Position numbers and translations under genes: made by a program. DNA of 64,000 nucleotides from Actinomycetota bacterium (GTDB lineage: Bacteria; Actinomycetota; UBA4738; JBBDHU01): the NCBI GenBank assembly GCA_040880465.1, contig JBBDIK010000012.1, positions 116,469 through 180,468 of the forward strand, in the 5' to 3' direction. This document shows, piece by piece, positions 18,133 through 28,167 of this stretch (positions are counted from its first letter, which is position 1; every line of letters begins with the position of its first letter). Under the pieces are notes generated by a model that saw only the letters and a list, made by a program, of their open reading frames with translations, had not been told where the DNA came from and did no database searches.

Positions 18133-19803
18133 CTAGAACAGGCCGACGGTGTTGCCGTCCGCGTCGATGTCGATGTCGAGGAACGCCGGTGTCTTCCCCA
18201 GCCCCGGCATCCGCTGCATGTCGCCACAGAGCGCGACGACGAACCCCGCTCCCGCTGACGGAACGACGGCGCGGATCGGCAGGCGCCAGCCCTTGGGTCG
18301 GCCCCCGAGCAAGGGGTCGTGCGACAGCGAGAGGTGCGTCTTGGCCATGCAGACCGGGTACTCGCCGAATCCCAGCTCCTCCATACGGGCGATGTCCTTC
18401 TCGGCCTGCGGCAGGTAGTCGACCCCGTCGGCCCCGTAGATCCGGGTGGCGATCGTCTCGATCTGCTGCTTGATGTCGTCTCCGGGCTTGTTCAGCGGCT
18501 CATAGGTGATCGGTCCGTCGATGGCCTTCACGACCGCCTCGGCCAGCTCGATCGCCCCTTCGCCACCATGCGCGAACCCGTCGTTGACGACCACTGATTC
18601 AGCCCCGACCTGGGTGGCAAGCTCGCGCACGAGCGCGACCTCCGCGTCGGTATCGGTGGGAAACCGGTTGATCGAGACGATGCACCGCAGGTTGAACGCG
18701 CGGACCAGCTCGATGTGCGCCTGGAGGTTCTCAGCTCCCGCACGGATCGCGTCGTCGTTCGGCTTGCTCAGTTCCTTGAACGGGATGCCTCCGTGGGACT
18801 TCAGGGCCCGGATGGTGGTGACCAGCACGCCGGCGCTCGGCTTGATGCCGGCGGCGCGGCAGACGATGTGGCAGAACTTCTCGAACCCGAGGTCGGCGGC
18901 GAAGCCGGCTTCGGTGACGACGATGTCGCCGAGCTTCATCGCGACGCGGTCCTCGATGATGGAGTTGTTCGCGTGGGCGATGTTGCCGAACGGGCCGGCG
19001 TGGATCAGCGCCGGCTGCCCCTCGATCGTCTGCACGAGGTTCGGCTTGATGGCCTCCTTGAGGATGACGGTCATCGCGCCGGCCGCGCCGAGTTCTTCGG
19101 CGGTCACCGGCTTGCCGTCGTTGGTCGATGCCACGACGATCGCGCCCAGCCGCTTCCGGAGATCCTGCAGATCCGAAGAGAGAGCCAGGATGGCCATAAC
19201 CTCGGACGCAGCGGTGATGACGGTCTCGTTCTGGCGGGGGATGCCGTGGACCTTACCGCCGAGGCCGATGACCGTGTTGCGCAGTTCCCGCGCGTTCATG
19301 TCCATGGTCCGCGGCCACGAGATGGCGTTGATGTCGATGTCGAGGGGGTTCCCCCAGTACAGCGATCGGTCGATGGCGGAGGCGAGCAGGTTGTGTGCGG
19401 TCGTCACGGCGTGGAAGTCGCCGTTGAAATGCAGGTTGATCTCTTCCATCGGAAGGACCTGGGCGTAGCCGCCGCCGTTGCCGCCACCCTTGATGCCGAA
19501 GACCGGCCCGAGGGATGGTTCGCGCAATGCGAGGACGACGTTCTGGCCGATCTTGCCGAGGCCCTGGGTCAGGGACAGCGACGTGGTCGTCTTTCCTTCG
19601 CCGGCTTTGGTCGGGGTGATAGCCGTGACGATGACCACCTTGGCGTCGGGCTTGTCCTTCAGCCGCTCGAGGATCGACAGGTCGATCTTGGCCTTGTACT
19701 TGCCGTATTGCTCCAGCTCGCTGTCCTCGATGCCGGCGGCGGCAGCGATCTCGGTGATGGGCTTGAGTGCTGCTTCCTGCGCGATCTCCAGTCCGGACTT
19801 CAT
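18133..19803 (-). CDS. fhs: formate--tetrahydrofolate ligase
   Basis: 556 aa from ATG 19803 (MKSGLEIAQEAALKPI...). Contains TPTKAGEGKTTT (P-loop), EPSLGPVFGIKGGGNGGGY and MAKTHLSLSHDP. The upstream part of the 683-aa ORF is junk-like. Confidence 0.95.
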   Translation of the reverse strand: MKSGLEIAQEAALKPITEIAAAAGIEDSELEQYGKYKAKIDLSILERLKDKPDAKVVIVTAITPTKAGEGKTTTSLSLTQGLGKIGQNVVLALREPSLGPVFGIKGGGNGGGYAQVLPMEEINLHFNGDFHAVTTAHNLLASAIDRSLYWGNPLDIDINAISWPRTMDMNARELRNTVIGLGGKVHGIPRQNETVITAASEVMAILALSSDLQDLRKRLGAIVVASTNDGKPVTAEELGAAGAMTVILKEAIKPNLVQTIEGQPALIHAGPFGNIAHANNSIIEDRVAMKLGDIVVTEAGFAADLGFEKFCHIVCRAAGIKPSAGVLVTTIRALKSHGGIPFKELSKPNDDAIRAGAENLQAHIELVRAFNLRCIVSINRFPTDTDAEVALVRELATQVGAESVVVNDGFAHGGEGAIELAEAVVKAIDGPITYEPLNKPGDDIKQQIETIATRIYGADGVDYLPQAEKDIARMEELGFGEYPVCMAKTHLSLSHDPLLGGRPKGWRLPIRAVVPSAGAGFVVALCGDMQRMPGLGKTPAFLDIDIDADGNTVGLF

Positions 19804-19956
19804 CTGTACCCCTACGCTCCGGCGGGCGGGTGACCCGCGATCCGATGTGTCCCCTCGTGAGGGAGAACGGTGACTCGGCGCGCCAGTATATCGGCGGCTG
19901 AGACCCACCTCAGTCGGTCGTTCGGGGGAAACGCAGGTGCCATCGTGTCGCAGGCC

Positions 19957-19962
19957 TAGACT
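19957..19962 (+). promoter_or_regulatory. -10 hexamer TAGACT for a leaderless fdhD transcript
   Basis: TAGACT is followed by 7 nt and then ATG 19970. Confidence 0.45.
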
Positions 19963-19969
19963 GGTGGGG

Positions 19970-20815
19970 ATGGCCGGATCCCTCTCTGACCTGCGTAGGA
20001 ATGTTACCGGCGTGCGCGTAGTTGCCCACACCGGCGGCGCGTCTTCCGAGCGTCCGGACCGTCTGGCGACCGAGGAACCCATGGAGATCCGCGTCGGGGG
20101 GCCCGGCCAGGTGGCAGAGGCGATCGCGGTCACGATGCGCACACCGGGGGGCGACTTCGAGCTGGCGGCGGGGTTCCTGTTCACCGAAGGGCTGATCGCC
20201 GGGCGGGACGCGATCGAGCAGGTCAGCTACTGCGAAGACCTCGACGATGAGGAGCAGCTCTACAACGTCGTCACGGTTCGGACAGTGGCTCCGTTCGATG
20301 CCGAGTCGGTGAGGCGGAACTTCTACGCTACGTCGTCGTGCGGGGTCTGCGGGAAGGCGTCCATCGAGGACGTCGAGGTCCGGTGCGACGCAGTCGAGCC
20401 GGGACCGCTCGTGTCGGCGGAGGTGATCCGGGGGTTGCCCGGCGGACTCCGGGACAAGCAGCGGGTGTTCGACGAGACGGGCGGACTGCATGCCGCGGGC
20501 TTGTTCGATACGGCAGGGACCTTGCTGTCGCTCCGTGAGGATGTGGGCCGGCACAACGCGGTCGACAAGCTGGTCGGTGAGGCCCTGATGGCCGGTCGGA
20601 TCCCGCTGTCGGAACGCATCTTGCAGGTCAGTGGCCGGGTTTCCTTCGAGATCGTCCAGAAGGCAGCGGTCGCGGGGATCCCGATCGTGAGCGCGGTCAG
20701 CGCGCCGTCGAGCCTGGCGGTGCAAACTGCGGACGCGCTGGGGATGACCGTCATCGGTTTCGTCCGCGACGACCGCTTCAACGTCTATACCCATCCCGAG
20801 CGCGTGGGCGCCTGA
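19970..20815 (+). CDS. fdhD: formate dehydrogenase accessory sulfurtransferase FdhD
   Basis: Contains SSCGVCGKASIEDV and GGLHAAGLF...GRHNAVDK, characteristic of FdhD. Start chosen at ATG 19970; alternative GTG at 19937. Confidence 0.9.
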   Translation: MAGSLSDLRRNVTGVRVVAHTGGASSERPDRLATEEPMEIRVGGPGQVAEAIAVTMRTPGGDFELAAGFLFTEGLIAGRDAIEQVSYCEDLDDEEQLYNVVTVRTVAPFDAESVRRNFYATSSCGVCGKASIEDVEVRCDAVEPGPLVSAEVIRGLPGGLRDKQRVFDETGGLHAAGLFDTAGTLLSLREDVGRHNAVDKLVGEALMAGRIPLSERILQVSGRVSFEIVQKAAVAGIPIVSAVSAPSSLAVQTADALGMTVIGFVRDDRFNVYTHPERVGA

Positions 20816-20850
20816 CCCTCCGATGGAGGACCGGCCCTGGCTGGCCCGCT

Positions 20851-20887
20851 GTTCCACGATCTGGAACTGAGTTCCATCATCTGGAAC
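20851..20887. repeat. twin 17-bp palindromes GTTCCA-N5-TGGAAC (copy A of a 2-locus element)
   Basis: GTTCCACGATCTGGAAC-tga-GTTCCATCATCTGGAAC lies 36 nt after the fdhD stop. It is preceded by the hairpin CCTCC-GAT-GGAGG (20817-20829). A near-identical element occurs at 48283-48319. Confidence 0.8.
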
Positions 20888-20927
20888 ACCTCGGAACCGG
20901 ACGTCCGGCGCCCGGGTTTCGGCTCCC

Positions 20928-21623
20928 TTAGAGCAGCTTGTCGGCCTGTTCGCACGCAGACTGCACGCCGACCAAGTCGTTGATGGCTTCCTGCTGGGTC
21001 GGTGCGTTTAGCGCGGCGATGATGCCACCGAGGCAGCGTCGCAGCACGTCGATCTGGCCCGCCTGGAGCTCGATACGTGTCTTCGTCTGCTTGATCGTGC
21101 TCTCCTGACCTTTGACCTTGCGTTGCAGGTCATCGATGGTGTCGTCGGCAGCGGACAGGTCGTCCTCGAGTTGCCCGACATCGATCTCGAGGCTGTCGCG
21201 TTCGCTCTCTGCGCCGAGGAGTGAGGCCTCGGTATTCGCCAGCTCCCCCGTGACGTCGTCGAGGTCCCCCCGGGTTCCCATCCAGGCCATCGTCACGAGC
21301 AGAAGGATCACCACGATCAGCGCCCCGCCGATGAGGAACCACAGGTTGCGCGCGAGCCACGATCCGCTCGACGCGCCGGCCGGAGCAGCGGTCCACGTGG
21401 ACGTTGCGGTTGCGGGCATCGGCTCTATCGAACGGGTGGCGGATGCCTCGGTCGTTGGTGGCGTGCTCTGGCCCGCCGGGACCGCGCCCGTTACCGGTAG
21501 GGCGGCGGTTCCCGTCGGCGTCGCCGCCGGTTGGCCCGCGACCGCATCCATACGCGCGCCGCACGTCTCGCAGAACTCCCACTCGTCACGGGCATCGGCT
21601 CCACAGTTCGGGCAGCGTTTCAC
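20928..21623 (-). CDS. zinc-ribbon / TM / coiled-coil protein, unknown function
   Basis: N-terminal CPNCGADARDEWEFCETCG, a Thr/Pro/Ala-rich linker, one TM (WFLIGGALIVVILLLVTMAW), then a heptad-like acidic C-terminal region. The GTG start overlaps the upstream gene's stop. Confidence 0.55.
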   Translation of the reverse strand: MKRCPNCGADARDEWEFCETCGARMDAVAGQPAATPTGTAALPVTGAVPAGQSTPPTTEASATRSIEPMPATATSTWTAAPAGASSGSWLARNLWFLIGGALIVVILLLVTMAWMGTRGDLDDVTGELANTEASLLGAESERDSLEIDVGQLEDDLSAADDTIDDLQRKVKGQESTIKQTKTRIELQAGQIDVLRRCLGGIIAALNAPTQQEAINDLVGVQSACEQADKLL

Positions 21624-22552
21624 GGGGTCCCTCCTTCTTGGTCGGTGGATGATGCGGGCGGCTCGTCCCCGTCACAGGCGACGAGCGTCTGACAGGCGAT
21701 GTCGATGGGGATCCCGAACGACAGGTTCTCTGCGCCGCCACCCGCGACCTTCGCGACGATGACGGCGACGACCTCGCCTCGCTCGTTCAACACCGGTCCG
21801 CCACTGTCACCGGGGCTCACCGGTGCCGAGATCTGGAGTCGGCGGCCATGCTTCGCGGACACCAACCCATCGGCAACGGTGTCTTCGAGCCCGAACGGCG
21901 CGCCGATCACGACGATATGGTCGCCGGGCGAGGGCCGCTGGGTCGCGAGCGGGAGCGGAGTGAGCGGCTGGATCGTCTGGATGAGCGCGAGATCCTCGGC
22001 GACGCTCACGTCGACGACGGTCCCCGAGATCTTCTTCTTGTCTTCCAGGAGTCGTACCTCCTTGGTCCCCTCGGTCCAGGCGTCTCCGATCACGTGGTAG
22101 TTCGTCAGGAGGTAGCTCGCCCGTCCGTCCGCGGAGACCACGAACGCCGAACCACCGACCGCGCCGCTGGACGACCTGCTCTCGACCGTCAGCACGGAAT
22201 CGATGGAGCGATCGGCGATGGCTTGCGGATCGAATGCGGCTCGATCGTGCTCCTCCAGGTCCGATATCCGGGTCTCGTTCTCGATCGCCTGCGTGAGCGT
22301 GAGTTCCTCCCGCCGGCTGAGCTCCTTCATGCGCTCATCCAGCGCCTTGATGTCATCGCGGGCGGACAGCAGGATCACGACGAGAGCGACCAGCGCCAGC
22401 CCCTCGATGATCACGACGGCCAGGAGTACCGACCGCAGGCGATCCGGCGCGCGGGCGATCTCGTCGGGGGGCGTGTCCGCGCGGACGTGCCCTATCGGAC
22501 ACGCGCTGTCTGTGAGCTCTGAACCGCAACGCGGACAGAACCGTGGCCCCAC
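21620..22552 (-). CDS. membrane-anchored trypsin-like serine protease (S1C/HtrA-like core, no PDZ) with N-terminal zinc ribbon
   Basis: Contains CPRCGSELTDSACPIGH, a TM (LLAVVIIEGLALVALVVILL), a coiled segment, then a protease domain with NYHVI, ...DLALI and GDSGGPVLNERGEVVAV. Start set at GTG 22552, which has GGAGGG 4-5 nt upstream. Confidence 0.75.
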   Translation of the reverse strand: MGPRFCPRCGSELTDSACPIGHVRADTPPDEIARAPDRLRSVLLAVVIIEGLALVALVVILLSARDDIKALDERMKELSRREELTLTQAIENETRISDLEEHDRAAFDPQAIADRSIDSVLTVESRSSSGAVGGSAFVVSADGRASYLLTNYHVIGDAWTEGTKEVRLLEDKKKISGTVVDVSVAEDLALIQTIQPLTPLPLATQRPSPGDHIVVIGAPFGLEDTVADGLVSAKHGRRLQISAPVSPGDSGGPVLNERGEVVAVIVAKVAGGGAENLSFGIPIDIACQTLVACDGDEPPASSTDQEGGTP

Positions 22553-22646
22553 CCTGCCCTCCAGCTGTCGGTGGCTCCGACCATGACACGACGGGCTACG
22601 ACGGGCAAGGTGACCGGTGCGCAAGAAGCCCGCCTCACTCCCGCGC

Positions 22647-22652
22647 TAGACT
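22647..22652 (+). promoter_or_regulatory. -10 hexamer TAGACT upstream of the formate dehydrogenase operon
   Basis: TAGACT lies 24 nt upstream of ATG 22677. GGGAGG (22666-22671) provides the ribosome-binding site. Confidence 0.4.
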
Positions 22653-22676
22653 GATGAACGAATCAGGGAGGTGGCG

Positions 22677-24656
22677 ATGAAGCAGCGCTACGCGCGGCTG
22701 ACGGAGCCCATGGTCCGTGACAACGGATCCCTGCGCCAGGCGAGCTGGGAGGAGGCCCTCACCCGGGCCGCCGAAGGGTTCTCCGTCGCGCAGGCGAAGG
22801 GACCGCAGGCGCTCGGTGTGTTCAGCTGCTCCAAGGCCTCGAACGAGATGAACTTCCTCGCCGGGAAGTTCGCCCGTCAGGTCATGGGCACGAACAACAT
22901 CGATAGCTGCAACCGCACCTGACACGCTCCCAGCGTCGTCGGTCTGGCGACGGTATTCGGAGCAGGTGGCGGGACAAGTTCATACGCGGAGATCGAAGAC
23001 ACGGACCTCATCGTGATGTGGGGGTCGAACGCGCGCGAAACGCATCCGATCTTCTTCCACCATGTCCTGAAGGGCATCAACAACGGCGCCAAGATGTACG
23101 CGGTCGACCCGCGCCGTACGTCCTCGGCCGAGTGGGCCGATGTCTGGCTCGGCATCGACGTGGGCACCGACATCGCCCTCTCGAACGCCGTCGCCCGGGA
23201 GATCATCGCGGCGGATCTGCACCACAAGGAGTTCATCGAACGCGGCACGACCGGCTTCGCCGAGTACGCGGCCAGTGTCGAGGAGTGGACCCTCGAGCGC
23301 GGTGAGGCCGAGACCGGTGTCCCGGCCGACGTCATCCGCGACCTCGCACACACGATGGGCCTCGCCGACCGCGTTCAGATCTGCTGGACGCTCGGGATAA
23401 CCGAACATCACAACGCGGTGGACAACGTCCTCAGTCTGATCAACCTCGCGCTCCTCACCGGGAACGTCGGTCGATACGGCTGCGGCGTCAACCCGCTCCG
23501 AGGACAGAACAACGTCCAGGGCGGTGGTGACATGGGCGCGATCCCGAACAAGCTCTCCGGGTTCCAGGACATAGAGGAGAACCACGAGGCTCGTCGGCGG
23601 TTCGAGTCGGCGTGGGACTGCACGATCCAGCCGAAGTACGGGTGGCACCTCACGCAGATGTTCGAGGCGATGGCGCGCAAGGAGTTGACGCACCTGTACG
23701 TGATCGGAGAGAACCCCGCTCAGTCCGAGGCCGATGCGAATCACGCCAACCACGTCCTGGAGGGGCTGGAATTCATGGCCGTCCAGGACATCTTCTTGAC
23801 GCGAACCGCGGAGATGGCGGATGTCGTGTTCCCGGCATCGGCTTCTTGGTGCGAGTCCGAGGGGACCGTCACCAATTCGGAACGCCGCGTTCAGCGCGTG
23901 CGGAAGGCGCTCGACCCCCCGGGGAACGCGCGCGACGATATGCAGATCATCGCTGATCTCGCGGGGCGGCTCGGCCGCACGTGGGACTACGGTGCCGAGC
24001 CGCGCGAGATGGCCGAGAACGTCTGGAACGAACTGCGCTCCCTCTCGCCCATGCACACCGGCATGAGCTACGAGCGTCTGGAAACCGAAGGCGGCTTGCA
24101 GTGGCCGTGCACGAGCGATGACGACCCCGGGGCCACCTTCCTGCACGGACGCCTTTGGTCGACGGATCCCGACGAACGCGGCATCCCGGCGCCGTTCAGC
24201 GTGGTCCTCCACGAGTTGCCCGTCGACGAGCTGGATGATGATTTCCCGCTGCGTCTCACGACCGTGCGGAACCTCTCCGACTACAACACCGGGGTCCAGA
24301 CCAGTGGCTACTCCTCGCCGCTCCGGCGTGACGAGGCGCTCTGCGTCTCGCCCGAGGACGGCGAGCGGTACCAGGTCAAGGACGGTGAGGTGGTCAAGGT
24401 CAGTTCCCGGCGAGGGTCGCTCCAGGCGCCGGTTCGCTACGATCCCGCCCTGCGCCCGGGGCTCGTCTCGATGACCCTTCACTTCCCGGACGAAGTCGAG
24501 GTGAACGTGCTGACCATCGAAGCGACCGATCCGAAGTCCGGGACCGCGGAGTTCAAGGCGACGGCCGTGCGGATCGACAAGCTCGCCAACGGCTCCGGCA
24601 ACGGCCGTGGCGCCGGCGCGGGACCGGAAAAGAGCTCCGCCGGGGTGGACGCCTAA
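22677..24656 (+). CDS. fdhA: formate dehydrogenase catalytic (Mo/W-bisPGD) subunit lacking the N-terminal Fe4S4 domain; in-frame TGA at 22920-22922 read as selenocysteine
   Basis: ORFs 22671-22922 and 23013-24656 are in the same frame. NNIDSCNRT-TGA-HAPSVVGLATVFGAG aligns with the FdhF active site ...CARV-U-HGPSVAGL.... The remainder resembles molybdopterin oxidoreductase domains II-IV. Confidence 0.85.
22934..22952 (+). promoter_or_regulatory. SECIS-like hairpin
   Basis: CGUCGUC-GGUCU-GGCGACG forms a 7-bp stem (one G-U pair) starting 11 nt after the UGA. The apical GGUCU resembles the E. coli fdhF SECIS loop. Confidence 0.6.
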
Positions 24657-24658
24657 AC

Positions 24659-26535
<1,877 letters not shown>

Positions 26536-26539
<4 letters not shown>

Positions 26540-27516
26540 GCCAGGCCGTCCCCCTCGCGCCGCCGAAGCGCCTGGTCGATATGGAGGTAGATGGCAAGCA
26601 GGTGCGGGTTCCCGAGGATCGGACCATCCTGGAGGCGCTCCGGGGCGAGGGCGTGGATACCCCGACCCTGTGCTACCTCGAGAACCTCACGCCGGTGAAC
26701 GTCTGCCGTGTATGCGTCGTGGAGGTCGAAGGCTCGCGAACGCTGGTTCCTTCGTGTTCGCGCAAGGTCGAACCGGGGATGGTCGTCAAGACGGACTCGG
26801 ACCGCGTCAAGCACTCACGCAAGCTCGTCCTCGAACTGCTGTCCTCATCGGTCGATATGTCCCTGGTCGATGAGGACACCCAGCGGTGGATGTCCGAGTA
26901 CGAGGCCGAGCCGGAGAAGTTCGGGCCCGCGGCAGCGCCGGCAGAGGCCGGCGAACGGGACGCGGCGCATCCCGGGCACCATCACGAGCCGGATGGGTCG
27001 GTTGTCGCGACCGTCGCGCAGCCGGTCAAGATCGACAACGACCTCTACGTCCGTGACTACGCTAAGTGCATCCTCTGCTACAAGTGCGTCGAGGCATGTG
27101 GGGTCGACGCCCAGAACACCTTCGCGATCGCGGTTGCGGGGCGGGGGTTCGACGCGCGGATCTCGACGGAGTACGCGATCACGCTCCCCGAGTCAGCATG
27201 CGTGTACTGCGGGAACTGTATCGGCGTCTGTCCGACTAACGCGTTGATGTTCAACAGCGAGTACCAGATGCGGGAAGCGGGTACGTGGGACGAGTCGGAG
27301 CAGACCGTGTCACAGACCATCTGCCCGTACTGCGGGGTCGGATGCAACTTGGAGCTCCATGTCCAGGACAACCGGATCGTGAAGGTGACCTCGCCGATGG
27401 ACCACGCCATCACCAACGGTCATCTGTGCATCAAGGGACGCTTCGGGTGGGAGTTCGTGCAGGAGCCCGCAGCCGTCGGGAAGCAGGACGCAGCCGCCGG
27501 GGGGTCCGACGCCTAG
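26536..27516 (+). CDS. Fe-S subunit: 2Fe-2S ferredoxin + 2x[4Fe-4S] + the Fe4S4 domain normally at the N-terminus of the formate dehydrogenase catalytic subunit
   Basis: The GTG start overlaps the previous stop. Contains CYLENLTPVNVCRVCVVEV...VPSC (2Fe-2S), CILCYKCVEAC and CVYCGNCIGVCP (ferredoxin-type), then ICPYCGVGCNLELHV...GHLCIKGRFGWEFV (Mo-enzyme Fe4S4 domain), after which the protein ends. Confidence 0.85.
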
Positions 27517-27535
27517 CGTTCCGGCCGTCACCGGG

Positions 27536-28144
27536 GTGGTGCTGGCGGGTGGCCGGTCCTCGCGCTTCGGCGAACGCGACAAGCTGGCGGAACCGTATCT
27601 CGGGGAACCGCTTCTGCATCGTCCGGTCAGAGCGCTGGACGAACTATGCGAGGAGATTATCGTCGTCATCGCCCCCGAGGCGGCGGAACCGGTACTGCCG
27701 GAGGTCACAGCGGACGTTCGGGTGATAAGGGATACGCGCGCGGACCAGGGACCGCTCGTCGGTCTGACCTCCGCCCTGGGAGTCGTGTGGACCGAGCTTG
27801 CCCTGACCGTCGGCGGTGACATGCCCGAGCTCTCGGTCGACGTCCTTCGGGGGATGGTCCGCGCGGCCAGTGCCCGGGCTGACCTGTCCGCGGTCGTCCT
27901 CGCCGACGGGGATGGTTGGCGACCCCTTCCGCTGATCGTCCGTCCCGATGTTCGGCGGGAAGCGCAGGTCCTGCTCCGGCACCCGGGAGCGGGGCTCCGG
28001 GACCTCGTCCGCGCGGTCCCCTTCGAGGTCGTCCCCGAGGATGCCTGGCGGCGCTTCGACCCGTCGGGGAAGACGCTCTCGGATATCGATACTCCGTGGG
28101 ATCTGCCGGGTGGTGGGGGACCGGGAACTACGACACCTGACTAG
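27536..28144 (+). CDS. mobA: molybdenum cofactor guanylyltransferase
   Basis: (M)VLAGGRSSRFGERDKL N-terminus and ...GDMPELS; about 200 aa. Located directly after the FDH genes. Confidence 0.8.
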   Translation: MVLAGGRSSRFGERDKLAEPYLGEPLLHRPVRALDELCEEIIVVIAPEAAEPVLPEVTADVRVIRDTRADQGPLVGLTSALGVVWTELALTVGGDMPELSVDVLRGMVRAASARADLSAVVLADGDGWRPLPLIVRPDVRREAQVLLRHPGAGLRDLVRAVPFEVVPEDAWRRFDPSGKTLSDIDTPWDLPGGGGPGTTTPD

Positions 28145-28167
28145 CGCTCCGCAAGTAGCTCGGTAGC

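Noticed and set aside
19804-19936. A possible ZTP (pfl) or THF riboswitch in the fhs 5' leader. The minus strand contains GGGUC..., AUACUGGCG and ...CCCGCCCGCCGGAGCG.
   Set aside because: ACUGGCG matches part of the ZTP 5' subdomain, but the highly conserved 3' CCGCCUGGGC element is not intact (CCGCCGGAGC). I also could not build the P1/P2/pseudoknot architecture by eye. The region is shared with the divergent fdhD promoter. An Rfam scan (RF01750, RF01831, RF03111) would settle it.
20851-20887. Resemblance of the twin palindromes to parS (TGTTTCAC-GTGAAACA) or to a LexA/Cheo box (the GAAC-TGA-GTTC junction between the two palindromes).
   Set aside because: The half-site GTTCCAC is one mismatch from a parS half-site, but the arms are separated by a 5-nt spacer, whereas parS arms are contiguous. 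The GAAC...GTTC junction has a 3-nt spacer where an SOS box needs 4, and it lacks the flanking TC/GA. Neither assignment holds.
22671-22676. GTG 22671 as the fdhA start (as in the ORF track).
   Set aside because: GGGAGG at 22666-22671 overlaps that codon, so it cannot act as its Shine-Dalgarno sequence. ATG 22677 has proper spacing and is preferred. The difference is only two residues.
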